Assembly (NCBI GenBank): GCA_963745835.1
Contig: CAVUZH010000003.1
Location: 864,001 to 928,000 of the forward strand
DNA: 64,000 nucleotides
From: an uncultured delta proteobacterium
Lineage (GTDB): Bacteria; Desulfobacterota; Binatia; UBA9968
Reading direction: 5' to 3'
The notes under the pieces were generated by a model. That model saw only the letters and a program-made list of their open reading frames with translations, did no database searches and had not been told where the DNA came from. Positions 21,590 to 32,279 of the stretch are shown one piece after another. How positions within the stretch are numbered: the stretch's first letter is position 1; every line of letters starts with the position of its first letter. A program made the position numbers and the translations under genes.

Positions 21590-21845
21590 ATTCTTGCTCG
21601 CTTCCTTCTAAGATCACTTTTCTCGGTAATACGTCTCAAGCTAAGAGAAGGTGAATTGGGTTTCAAGATTTCTAAAAAATCCCGGCTACTTGGATCATTC
21701 GGGAATATTACGGCATCTTGATAAATGTCTATATCAATCAAAATATTTGCGGGTGTCTCGTCATCTTTAGGTGTGACTATCACCGATTTCTGCGTGGAAG
21801 GCGCCGATCGCAATACTGGGATCTATCCAAGCGCCTTTACTTATC
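21590..21845 (+). pseudogene. Relic of the N-terminus of a GT-C-like glycosyltransferase (copy 2)
   Basis: With frameshifts it reads LLRSL/LGNTSQ..ELGFKI/LKNPGY/WIIREYYGILINVYI/KIFAGVSSSLGVTITDF/WKAPIAILGS. It shares tggatYattcgggaatattacgg with 17541-17563. Confidence 0.65.
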
Positions 21846-21986
21846 AGACCGATTTGGTCCCAGATAAACCGATCCCTTCGTAAGCTCGTCATGAACCATC
21901 TAACCGGCCGGCAACCAAAGCGCGATACTTATGACGATTCGCTGCCCGATATCGATCCGGTTTTTGTTAGAAGGGCATAAATTCGA

Positions 21987-23144
21987 ATGAAACTTCTACA
22001 GATTGGCGCAAGCTGGATATCTTACCAATTTAGCGGGTTGGAGCGGTATTATGCGGAATTGGTCACCCGCCTCCCTTCTCTTGGAACCGAAGTTACAGGC
22101 CTGGTTTACGAACTGAAAGAGTCGCCTAAAATCGCGGGTTTGAACCTAATCTCTTTTGGAACCCAGGAGAAAAACGTTATCCGACAATACTTGGATCAGC
22201 GGCGTCTTATCACGCGTAACCTACGTCAAGATATCGATATGGTTGTTTCCCATTGCACGCCGTCGCTCTTTCCTTCTTTGGAATACTTGGGGCGCAAACC
22301 ATTGATTTGTCATTTCCATGGACCCCGCTATCTCGAGCGCGCCCTTGAGGGTGCTCATCCTATGTCGGTCCGTCTGTCGAGGTACATCGAAGAACACGTG
22401 TATGCTCGTACGGATCACGCAATCACGCTTTCGAATTACATGAAGCGCGTTCTGGTAGAAACATACCACTTTGCGGAAAAGAAGATTTCGGTGGTTCCGG
22501 GAGGCGTTAACGTAGATCACTTCAAGCAAACAGTTCCGCGGCAGGAAGCGCGCCGGCAGTTGGGTCTGGCAACCGATCGGCCCATAATTCTGGCGGTGAG
22601 AAGATTGGAACGCCGCATGGGCTTGCAGAATTTGGTTGAAGCGATCCATGAAGTCGCGTCGAAGCATCGAGACGTATTATTATTGATTGCGGGGAAAGGA
22701 TCACTAGAAGAAAAGCTGGATGAGCAAATTCGCTCCAGCAATTTAACCGGCAACGTCAAGATGCTCGGGGCCATCAGTGAACAGGATCTCCCTTTGCTAT
22801 ACCGCGCTGCAGACTTTTCCATCGTTCCGAGCAGTGCCTACGAGGGCTTTGGACTCATACTTCTTGAATCCCTCGCATCCGGCACACCGGTCCTTGGTAC
22901 ACCGGTTGGCGCGATCCCGGAAGTGCTCGGACCCTTCGATGAATCGTTGTTGTTGGAAGGCGCCTCCCCAAAGCATCTCGCCGACGGAATATGCGAAACG
23001 CTTTCGGGCCGCCGTAAGTTGCCATCAATGACAGAATGCGAGATGTACGCGGTGGATCGCTTCGCATGGCCCGTTGTGGTATCGAGCATAAATAAAGTCT
23101 ATTACGATGTACTTGGCATGGTAGACGGCAACGCAGCAGCCTAG
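21987..23144 (+). CDS. GT4 family glycosyltransferase
   Basis: SGLERY, HFHGP, VRRLERRMGL and YEGFGLILLESLASGTPV (EX7E motif). Confidence 0.93.
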   Translation: MKLLQIGASWISYQFSGLERYYAELVTRLPSLGTEVTGLVYELKESPKIAGLNLISFGTQEKNVIRQYLDQRRLITRNLRQDIDMVVSHCTPSLFPSLEYLGRKPLICHFHGPRYLERALEGAHPMSVRLSRYIEEHVYARTDHAITLSNYMKRVLVETYHFAEKKISVVPGGVNVDHFKQTVPRQEARRQLGLATDRPIILAVRRLERRMGLQNLVEAIHEVASKHRDVLLLIAGKGSLEEKLDEQIRSSNLTGNVKMLGAISEQDLPLLYRAADFSIVPSSAYEGFGLILLESLASGTPVLGTPVGAIPEVLGPFDESLLLEGASPKHLADGICETLSGRRKLPSMTECEMYAVDRFAWPVVVSSINKVYYDVLGMVDGNAAA

Positions 23145-23330
23145 ATTATTTTCTTACGTGGATCTTTGTGCAACGCCGTTCGGACATAAAATCTTTTCAG
23201 TTCAGCCGGCTGGTACGTGCATCACAAGTGTGTGACTTTTACTCTCAACAATAAATCCATACTCAGTAACTCACAGCTCGCCGCCTTCTTAACGTCGTTA
23301 AGTTTTTCCAATTAAGTCGGCTTATCATCA

Positions 23331-25193
23331 TTGTTGATCATGTCCTCGCAGATTCCCACCAACGCCGAGCTGAAGAGGCTCTGTTCCAACGGCTGGTGGG
23401 CGCTCCATCTCATTTGGTCAACCAACTCGACGTTAACCGCCGGGCTCGGATTGGCAACTCTCGCGCGCGGCATCGTTCCCGCCGGATTGGCTCTTTTTGC
23501 CCGCGGGCTCATCAATGTATTTGTCAGTGATAGCGGGATTTCAACGGTAAGCATGGATGCCGTGCTGCCGTGGTTTCTTCTTGGGTTCGCCGTCACAGTT
23601 TTAGAGGCCTTAGCTCCGCTCGTCCATAGGTTCTGCACCGAACGATTGAAGGACGAAATGAATATCAGAATCACTTCGGATATTCTGAGCCACGCCGAAA
23701 AACTGGATCTTGCGTTTTTCGAGACCTCTGGAAAGCGTAACCTGTTAGATCGCGCGCAGCAAAATCCCGCCGAGCCTTTCATGAGATTTGTCGTAGAGCT
23801 TCAGAACTCGGCCACCAACCTCTTGCAAACGCTTTCGTTAACCGCACTTTTGGCACTGATTGAACCGCTGGTTCTTCTGGCTTTGGGTCCGTTTGCACTT
23901 CCTTATCTTCTGTTTCATTGGCGGCTATCCAAGAAACGTTTTCAGGAAGAGTATCGCCGCACTCCGCAAAGGCGCTGGACCAGTTATTTTGTTTCTCTTT
24001 TAACCGGGAGGCAATCGGTAGCGGAAATCAAGCTGCTCGATCTTAGTCCGTATCTGCGCGACAAATTCGCGGCTCTCTTGAGGCAATTCCGCGACCGTGA
24101 TCGAAAACTATATTTGCGCAATTTCTACGGTAGCTCGCTGTTTGCGCTGGTAACCACCGTTACCTTCTTCGCAGTGTTCTTTCGAGTGATTCTCAAGGTT
24201 ATCGAGGGAGTTTTAACGGTGGGCGATGTCGCCGTGTTTGGCGGAGCGACCGCGCGGCTTCGTTTCAGCCTAGAGGGGAGCATTCGCTGTCTTAGCAGCG
24301 CGTTAGAGCAGACTCTTTACATTTCCAATCTTATCGACTTCTTCAATGAAAAGCCGGAAATGATATCCGGATCATCGGTGCCCTCGTTCCCCGGTCAAGC
24401 AGAAATCAGCATTGAAAATGTATCGTTCACTTACCCCGAATCCGCGGAGCCCGCACTGCGAGACATCTCACTGCATATCAGTCCCGGGGAGACGATTGCT
24501 CTCGTGGGCGAGAATGGAGCAGGCAAGACAACTCTGGTGAAACTTCTGGCGCGGCTCTATGACCCGGACTGCGGTGTTATTGAGTTTAACGGTGCTGATC
24601 TGAGGATGTTATCGCTGACTCATCTTCATAAAAAAATCGGTTTTGTGTTTCAGGACTTTGCCCGCTATGAAGCTACTGTAGCCGACAACATCGCCTATGG
24701 AAATTGGCGGGCTATGTCCGCCGAACGGCAAAAGGTCGAAGAGGTCGGACGTCTCGCGGGGATTGATACGATGGTGCGGTCGATGCCCCTAGGCTATGAT
24801 ACCGTCCTCGGCCGGGTTTTCGGAAAACATGATCTGTCCGGGGGCCAATGGCAAAGACTCGCAATCGCACGTGCGTTTGCGCGCGACGCTTCGCTTCTAA
24901 TCTTGGACGAGCCCACGGCAAGCCTCAGCGTTCAGGCGGAGTACGATTTATTTTCCAGTTTTCACGAGTTATCGCGTGGACGCACGACTATCTTGGTCTC
25001 CCATCGCTTCTCGACGCTTAGTATTGCCGATCGCATCATCGTTATGGAGAAGGGACGCATCATCGAATGCGGTACCCACCAGGAACTTTTAGCCAAGGCG
25101 GGAAGTTATGCGCGCCTCTATCGATTGCATCGAAACCCGCTCAAGACCGTCGTATCCAACAAAAATGTGGGCAGAATCGTTCCGCTCACGTAA
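23331..25193 (+). CDS. Fused ABC exporter (TMD + NBD), peptide/lipid-exporter type
   Basis: N-terminal TM domain, Walker A GENGAGKT, signature LSGGQWQR, Walker B LLILDEPT and H-loop SHRFST. Confidence 0.95.
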   Translation: MLIMSSQIPTNAELKRLCSNGWWALHLIWSTNSTLTAGLGLATLARGIVPAGLALFARGLINVFVSDSGISTVSMDAVLPWFLLGFAVTVLEALAPLVHRFCTERLKDEMNIRITSDILSHAEKLDLAFFETSGKRNLLDRAQQNPAEPFMRFVVELQNSATNLLQTLSLTALLALIEPLVLLALGPFALPYLLFHWRLSKKRFQEEYRRTPQRRWTSYFVSLLTGRQSVAEIKLLDLSPYLRDKFAALLRQFRDRDRKLYLRNFYGSSLFALVTTVTFFAVFFRVILKVIEGVLTVGDVAVFGGATARLRFSLEGSIRCLSSALEQTLYISNLIDFFNEKPEMISGSSVPSFPGQAEISIENVSFTYPESAEPALRDISLHISPGETIALVGENGAGKTTLVKLLARLYDPDCGVIEFNGADLRMLSLTHLHKKIGFVFQDFARYEATVADNIAYGNWRAMSAERQKVEEVGRLAGIDTMVRSMPLGYDTVLGRVFGKHDLSGGQWQRLAIARAFARDASLLILDEPTASLSVQAEYDLFSSFHELSRGRTTILVSHRFSTLSIADRIIVMEKGRIIECGTHQELLAKAGSYARLYRLHRNPLKTVVSNKNVGRIVPLT

Positions 25194-25307
25194 GTGTCAG
25201 AAATTGGCAATTCAGTCATTCGCGAGCGGATTCGCGGCCCAGCGGGGAAGTGTTGCTGGTGGTCTCGGAGCAGGAGAAAAAACGCGAGCACCAAAGCTAG
25301 TGCCACA

Positions 25308-26958
25308 ATGAATTCTGCACTTTTACAACGGGATCTTTCACAACTCGGGTCTGACATCAGGGGTATGGCAAAGCTGATAAAGGCGGTGCCCAAATTCTTC
25401 CGACAACCAGTTACGTTAGAACGCGCAAAGGAGGAAATCAAAAGAGACCTCGATTGCCGAGAGCAGCGGTTTGTCGACACTGTCCGTTCGCAAGTCTATG
25501 AACGTCCGAAAAGCCCCTATCTGCAACTGCTTAGGCTGGCAGGCTGCGAATTTTCAGACCTTCAGGCACAGGTGAAGCTTCACGGCATGGAAGAGACATT
25601 AGCGCGACTTGCCCGTGAGGGGGTTTACCTCAGTTCGGAAGAGTTCAAGGGAAAGAAAGAGGTCACCCGCGGCGGGTACTCGTTCCGAGTGACGCCAGGC
25701 AATTTCGAAACACCGAATGGCGCCGGCGGGTATAGAACACAAAGTAGCGGGACCACCAATCAACCTATTCGTTCGTTTGTTTCTCTCGATCTCTTGGCCA
25801 TCAGAACACCGGTGACTTTCCTTGCTTTTGCCGCGCACGACCTGTTTTCTAGGACTCACGCAATGTACGACTCCGTTCTCCCCGGCTCAGCAGGGATCAA
25901 TAACCTGATGATCTACGCCAGGATGGGTGTCGCTGCGGACCGCTGGTTCGCGCGGACGATGCCGATCAAAAGCAAGTTGGAAAGAATTTATCATTTATCC
26001 ACGACTCGGCTACTCCAGCATATGGCCAGTCATTGCGGCGCCGTCATTCCCAAACCGGAATTTGTTTCGCACCACGAGGTCGAGAAGATCATTCACTGGG
26101 TGACTGCGCAGCGAGCTCAGAGGAGAACCTGCTGTATCACCACTGCCGCGAGCAACGCCGCCAGAATCGCCCGTGCCGCTTGTCGACTCGGCATTTCTCT
26201 TGAGGGAACCAAATTTATCGTGACTGGTGAGCCGTTTACCGATGCCAAACAACGGGTCGTCGAAAGCACCGGTGCCAAAGGAATAACGCGTTACGCGTAC
26301 GGCGGCAGTATCAATATTGGTTTCGGCTGCGCTAATCCGCTCCGCACGGATGAAATTCATGTGAATCAGCATCTCTTGCGCTGATCCCGTAGCCCACACC
26401 GGCCCGCTAACGCCGGGTCTGACGTTTTCCCCCTTCTTTGTACCACACTTAATCCATTGTTCCCGCGACCGCTCTTGAACGTGGAAAGCGGTGACTATGG
26501 CTATATGAGCCATAGGGATTGCGGCTGCGCGCTGGAGAAACGCCGGTTTGTCGTTGCATCTCCATCACATTCGGAGCTTCGAAAAGTTTACGAGCGAGGG
26601 AATGAATTTCTTCTACGGCGATCTTTATGAACTTTTTGAAAGCGTATTTCCCAGCGAATTCGGCGGCGGCCCTGGCGATTATCAGATGAGGGAAGAAGAG
26701 GATAAGACAGGTCAGACTCGGCTGACGCTCGTCGTTCATCCTGAAGTAAAGGCACTGGACGAGAGGAGAATACTTGCCCGGCTTAAGGCGGAACTTTCTA
26801 TGCGCTCGCGTGGCGATCGTTTTATGACCGATGTATGGACCAATGCGGGAACGTTCAAGCTGGAGCGGGCAGTCCCGTATGCCAGCCCCAGGGGAAAAAT
26901 CCTGCCGCTGCACATGACTGCGAGAGAAGCCTCGAGACCCAGTCTGATGACCCGGTAA
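25308..26958 (+). CDS. Divergent adenylate-forming (PaaK/CapK-like, ANL superfamily) protein, copy 1, frameshifted at about 26380-26550
   Basis: QSSGTT P-loop, TGEP, RYAYGG, NVESGDYG, CGCALE, IRSFEKFTSEG and a terminal SPRGKILP with the catalytic-Lys-like GK. Confidence 0.6.
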
Positions 26959-26969
26959 ATATCGGCAGG

Positions 26970-27156
26970 TATGTTGATGAGATTGTCGCTCGCAAGCGGA
27001 CCACTTCCAATTTCAAGATAAGCGCGATGATGTTCCTTCGCCGATTGGATTCTCATCATGGAGAAGGGAAGCATCGTGGATTGCGACACCCACTATGAAT
27101 CCTGGGAAGACGCACAGTTACGGATAGATTTACCGTTTACACCGCCACCCACTTAA
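26970..27156 (+). pseudogene. Relic of an ABC transporter C-terminus (paralogue of 23331-25193)
   Basis: FADWILIMEKGSIVDCDTHYE...SYG*IYRLHRHPLN aligns with IADRIIVMEKGRIIECGTHQELLAKAGSYARLYRLHRNPLK. Confidence 0.8.
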
Positions 27157-27171
27157 TCGCCACCCACTTAA
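27143..27171 (+). repeat. 14-bp tandem duplication cgccacccacttaa x2
   Basis: Exact copies at 27143-27156 and 27158-27171. Confidence 0.85.
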
Positions 27172-27306
27172 ATGTATAAGACGTTAGAAACCTCTATCTC
27201 TTCCAAGAGCACGGCGTTAAGAAGGCGGCCCTTTCGATGCTGGGCGACATGTAAGCGGAATTTCATCTTTTTGTCGTTCTCGGCTCGGGCCTTATTAAAC
27301 TGAGCT

Positions 27307-28940
27307 ATGGCAGTTAAGATTTTCAAAAATTCATTTCGGCAGCTTAGATCGGACCTTAACAAGCCTAGGAGTACGCTGGCGCTGGTGTCTTCGTTACCAG
27401 CATTTCTCCGTGAGTCCGTTGATGTGCAGACCGCAGAAAGTGAGATCAAACAGGCATTCGACAGCCGAGAGGATAAGTTTCTCGAACTGATTTACAGGAG
27501 GGTTTACAAATCTGCGGCTAGTCCGTACTTGAGACTGCTTAAGCTGGCCGGCTGCGACTATGGCGATCTTCAAAGCCATGTTCGGCGCCACGGGCTAGAG
27601 AAGGCCTTAGAGCAGCTGGCGAGTGAGGGCGTTTACCTCACCTCAGATGAATTCAAGGGGAAAAAAGAAATTGTCCGTGGTAAAGATCACTTTCGGGCAT
27701 CGCCTGACGCTTTCCAAAGGCCAGATTTCGCGGGAGCTTTGTTGCACAAAGTAGCGGGACCAGGAATCACCCTATCGAGTCCCGTATTTCCCTAGACTGG
27801 TTACGCATACGGGCGCTTGGGATCGGGCTCTTTCTTAATTCGCACAACTTGTGGTCTCATGCTCACGCTATCTACGAGCCGATCCTACCCGCAAGCACGG
27901 GTATCAATAATCTTCTGTACAATGCGAAATTCCGAATTCCTACAGATCGGTGGTTTGCCCGAAGGATTCCGGTCAATAGCCGTATAGAAGCCTGCTATCA
28001 TTATTCCGTCACGTATTTATTAGTAATGACCGCCAGATCGCTTGGGTATAACTTTCCCAAACCAGAATTTATTGAAGACGGAGGTATCGAAGCGATACTT
28101 CGGTGGGTGGAGGATAAAAGGACCCAAGCCAAAGCTTGCTGTATTAAAACTACTGCGAGTAACGCAGCTAAGATTGCGAATGTGGCTTGCAAAAAGGGAT
28201 TTTCTCTGGAAGGCACAAAATTCATATCGGGCGGAGAGCCGTTCACCGACTCCAAGCAGGAGGTGATAAAGCGAGCCGGTGCCAGTGCTGTTCCACGCTA
28301 TAACTATGGCGGTGGTTTAACCGTTGGTCTCGGATGTGCCAATCCTCTCTATACTGACGAAGTTCATGTGAATCAATATATGTTAGCAGTTATCCAGCAG
28401 CCGCGACCTCTTACGGTACAGGACTGTGTCATCCGTCCTCTTCTCTGCACTACGCTCCACGCATCTGCTCCCCGACTATTGCTGAATGTCGACAATGGCG
28501 ACTATGCGGAGACCTTGTTGCGCGATTGTGGCTGCGCACTGCAAAGAGCCGGCCTTACACTTCATCTCCACCACATCAGGAGCTACGAGAAATTCACCGG
28601 AGAGGGGATGAATTACTTTTACGGTGATCTCTTCGAGTTCCTCGAAAAAATTCTTCCTCGTGAGTTTGGCGGCGGTCCCGGCGACTATCAACTGGTGGAG
28701 GAGGAGGACGGCAATGGTCAGACACGCCTTACCCTTTTGGTTCATCCCTTGGTGGAAAAGCTCGAAGAGGAAAAGCTGCTTTCCCGGTTGCAGCTAGGGT
28801 TAGCGGAAGGTTCACGGAATAATCGTTCTATGTCGAAGTTATGGCAGGACTCCCGGACTTTCAGGATCAGGAGGGAAGTCCCTCATGCCACCCCACGGGG
28901 AAAGATATTGCCACTGCATCTAAAGGTCCCATCTGTATGA
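27307..28940 (+). CDS. Divergent adenylate-forming (PaaK/CapK-like) protein, copy 2, one frameshift near 27735
   Basis: Paralogue of 25308: YLRLLKLAGC, EGVYLTSDEFKGKKE, QSSGTRN (after frame correction), SGGEP, NVDNGDY, IRSYEKFTGEG and TPRGKILP. Confidence 0.6.
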
Positions 28941-29110
28941 TAGAAGAGGTGTAATCGTCTTTCCGCAGTTACTTAAGACTTAGTTTGAGAGAATCGATCC
29001 TTCAGATCCACTGAGAGGCATCGCGGTTCGGAACCCCTCCAGAGCGGAGTACAACCAAATGCACACAGCCCTGCGCTACTATCGGGTTCGATCGATACCT
29101 CGCGCTTCCA

Positions 29111-29370
29111 TTGGTGTACCTCCTTCTTGCCTCGGCTCTTGCGCTGGCAGCTTGGCCACTTTACGTCCTGAGTAAGCGGAAATTCGGTTCCCCCGCAGTA
29201 GGATGGACCATTGCCTTCTGCTTTCTAGCTCGACTTTTTGAATCGTACAGACACCGACGTAATTGCGGTACCTCTCTTGATCGCTGCTTTGAGCGAATCG
29301 ATGCGCGAGATCTAAAACGGCTGGTATGTTAATGGGATTCTCGTTGCTGGCGAAAGGCTCGATTGGAATT
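29111..29370 (+). pseudogene. Relic of an internal segment of the DUF2079-like gene
   Basis: LALAAWPLYVLSKRKFGSPAVGWTIAFC...VIAVPLLIAA/FERIDARDLK/MGFSLLAK aligns with LALSAWPLYVLARRKFDSPAIGLTIAFC...VIVVPLLMAAYERVDANDLR...MGLALLGK. Confidence 0.85.
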
Positions 29371-29421
29371 TTTCATAAAGGCGAAGAGTAGAAGTTAGCT
29401 TGAAACGCTTGTCAAAGAGAA

Positions 29422-31215
29422 ATGAATACAATGGCCTTTACGAACCCGCGAAACAAGCTAGCCTTTGCTGCACTAGTCTTGGCCACCTCGATGTTGATTG
29501 CGTCCAACGCTCGCCACCTCGCGCTCAATATTGATCAAGTCTGGATATTCCAGTGGATCATGCATTTTCTGGGAATCGGAACAATCATTATATTTATGTT
29601 TGGCGGGCGAATCGGTCATTGGGCAACTAAAACAATAGAAAGGCTGGATGCCTGGTTATCACAAAGTAACGGCAGAGCCACGTTCTGGTTAGGCTCTCTG
29701 ATTCTTTCGTACACACTTCTCTGGTGCGGCCTGACTTTCCTGCGACATTACTACTTCCACTCCCAAGCATTTGATCTTGCGATCCAGGATCAAGTTGTTT
29801 GGAACACCTCTCGAGGCTATTTCCTCGCCAGGTCCTTTGAGGTAACGAACGATCTTGGAGATCACGTACGGCCTTATCTTGCACTTTTGAGCCTACTCTA
29901 CCTGGCTGTCCCTTCCCCTTATGTCTTATTGGCATTTCAATCTTTCGTCCTGGCGCTCAGCGCATGGCCTCTTTACGTCCTCGCACGGCGCAAGTTTGAT
30001 TCCCCGGCAATAGGATTGACGATTGCTTTTTGCGCCTTAGCATACCCACCGCTCGGCTTTCTTAACCGCTTGGACTTCCATGCCGAAGTCATAGTGGTTC
30101 CTCTGCTGATGGCGGCATACGAGCGGGTCGATGCAAACGATCTGAGGAATGCCGGGATTTTTATGGGATTGGCCCTGCTGGGGAAAGAAAATATCGGCTT
30201 GTCTGTGGCGGCGCTAGCATTAGTGATAGCCGTTTATCATCATCGCTGGCGGTTTGGTTTCCTGTGGTGCATAGGGGGGTTGGCGTACTCCCTAGTAGCC
30301 CTATTTTTGATCATCCCAGCATTCCGCGGAGCCCCATCGGACACGTTAGCGCGTTATCAATGGTTGGGTAGCACCCCCATCGAAATGCTGTGGACTCTTC
30401 TATCATCGCCTCTTTTTGTACTCCAGAACTTGGGGGTGGCGGAACGGGTCCTAACTTTGCTGCAGTTACTCGCACCTCTAGCTTTTCTACCTTTGTTAAG
30501 TGTTCCTATTTTGTTCGCCGCCGCGCCAACTCTGATTTACAACTTCTTGTCTGCCCAGCAATTTCAGAGTGGTATTTATAACCAGTATATGGCCCCGGTT
30601 ATACCGTTCATGGCGGTGGCAGTGGTTTTGGGTCTGCACAACCTGAGAAGATATACCTTGAAAGGCCAAGGCTTTGCGGGCATCCGGCTTGAGGCGCCTG
30701 CATCCAGTCAGGCAGTAGGTCTTGGAGTTAGTCTACTGCTATTTGCTATCTTGGGAAGCTGGATTTACGAAAATCCGGTTAAAGGCCACCCATACTTATC
30801 CGAGCTAAACAAGCGACGCATTGCGCAGACCGATAGAAGCACTACAAAATTGTCACGAGCATCGTTTATTCAACCCAATGACGCGGCTATCCGGGAAGGT
30901 TTGAAACAAGTTCCAAAGGATGTCTATCTCTTAACTGGACAAAATTATGCGCCCCATCTTTCTCATCGGCGACAGATACAAATAATTCGCCCCGCTCCTG
31001 TCTCCGCTCTCGCGCCAGACGTGGAAGCTATTTTTTTAAATATGAAAGATTTGCGCCGGAGAAGTTGTGATGATTATCTTCAAAACCTTCAAGCGGCAAC
31101 TAGCGCAGGCTTTGGAGTGACTTTCCATCGCGATGGGGTGATTCTTGTCGAGAAAGGTAAGGGACATCGGGACAAGTTGGATGAGCTTCTTGCCCAATGG
31201 CCGGGCTGCCATTAA
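29422..31215 (+). CDS. DUF2079-domain membrane protein (putative GT-C)
   Basis: AFDLAIQDQVVWN, LGDHVRP, LDFHAE, KE, YNQYMAP and PHLSHR motifs characteristic of DUF2079. Confidence 0.85.
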   Translation: MNTMAFTNPRNKLAFAALVLATSMLIASNARHLALNIDQVWIFQWIMHFLGIGTIIIFMFGGRIGHWATKTIERLDAWLSQSNGRATFWLGSLILSYTLLWCGLTFLRHYYFHSQAFDLAIQDQVVWNTSRGYFLARSFEVTNDLGDHVRPYLALLSLLYLAVPSPYVLLAFQSFVLALSAWPLYVLARRKFDSPAIGLTIAFCALAYPPLGFLNRLDFHAEVIVVPLLMAAYERVDANDLRNAGIFMGLALLGKENIGLSVAALALVIAVYHHRWRFGFLWCIGGLAYSLVALFLIIPAFRGAPSDTLARYQWLGSTPIEMLWTLLSSPLFVLQNLGVAERVLTLLQLLAPLAFLPLLSVPILFAAAPTLIYNFLSAQQFQSGIYNQYMAPVIPFMAVAVVLGLHNLRRYTLKGQGFAGIRLEAPASSQAVGLGVSLLLFAILGSWIYENPVKGHPYLSELNKRRIAQTDRSTTKLSRASFIQPNDAAIREGLKQVPKDVYLLTGQNYAPHLSHRRQIQIIRPAPVSALAPDVEAIFLNMKDLRRRSCDDYLQNLQAATSAGFGVTFHRDGVILVEKGKGHRDKLDELLAQWPGCH

Positions 31216-31336
31216 GGTCGTTTGCCTATGGATTTAGTTATGGCGTCTTCTGGATAGTATCATTTCAAAAGAACCTTCGCGTGACGAAAGTAAAAAGCCA
31301 TCGTTTCCCGTCAAATGAGTCTACTGAGCTCCTTCG

Positions 31337-32125
31337 ATGTTAAGGTTAATGCCATCGTTCCTACCGATTTTAACTTTCCATGCCATCGATCATTCGCCTG
31401 CGGTCATATCGTTTTCACCCAAGTTTTTCGAGCGAGGCATGCGTTTCCTACATCAAAGAGGCTATCGGACACTAAACTTAGTCGATATTGCGACCTACAT
31501 CGGCAACGGGCTTTCGTTCCCCGAGCGCTCAATAGTGCTGACGTTCGATGACGGCTATGAGTCCGTTTACGATCACGCGTTTCCGATCTTGCAGCGCTAT
31601 GGCTTTTCGGCGACGGTTTTTCTTACTGTCGGGGGGAAAAGAAATGGGAGTAACTCGGACCGTTTACCTTCGATGTGCGGTCGCTCAATGCTGAGCTGGA
31701 GCGAAATCAGAGAGATGCAGCGATGCGAAATCGAATTCGGGGCCCATACGCTGACCCACCCGGACCTGACCCGGTTGGCCATTAAGTCGGCCGAAAGGGA
31801 GATATGTGATTCGAAAGCCATCATCGAAGACACCTTGAGTGTCCCGGTTACCAGCTTTGCTTATCCGTATGGTCGCTACGACAACCGATGCCATGAGATT
31901 GTTAGCCATCACTTCGTCTGCGCCTGCTCCGACCAACTGGGGTTGGTCCATGCGAGCACGGATCTCTACGCCGTGGAGCGCGTGGACGCTTACTATCTCC
32001 GTAGCCGCCGCCTGTTTGATTTGATATCAAGCCCGTTCTTTCCCTGGTACATCTACGGTCGCAACTTGCCCCGACAAGTCCGTCGATCCGCGCAGTTTTG
32101 GCAAAGCAGATTGAACGGCCAGTAA
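31337..32125 (+). CDS. Polysaccharide deacetylase (NodB/CE4)
   Basis: ILTFH, LTFDDGY, GAHTLTHPDL and FAYPYG. Confidence 0.92.
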   Translation: MLRLMPSFLPILTFHAIDHSPAVISFSPKFFERGMRFLHQRGYRTLNLVDIATYIGNGLSFPERSIVLTFDDGYESVYDHAFPILQRYGFSATVFLTVGGKRNGSNSDRLPSMCGRSMLSWSEIREMQRCEIEFGAHTLTHPDLTRLAIKSAEREICDSKAIIEDTLSVPVTSFAYPYGRYDNRCHEIVSHHFVCACSDQLGLVHASTDLYAVERVDAYYLRSRRLFDLISSPFFPWYIYGRNLPRQVRRSAQFWQSRLNGQ

Positions 32126-32279
32126 CAAAAGCCAAGCCGCATCGTTACTCCCATAGAACGTGTAAACATAAAGAGTTTGAGCCCGGATAATGCAGCATAA
32201 CACGAAGGGGAGGGGCCAATCCTCCCAAGCGAGGGCGACGCATCGGCGGCCGTGGCGTCAAGCTTGAGGCCAATGAATA

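Noticed and set aside
27143-27171. Tandem 14-mer as a CRISPR repeat or target-site duplication
   Set aside because: Only two adjacent copies with no spacer or element between them; most likely replication slippage in a pseudogene.
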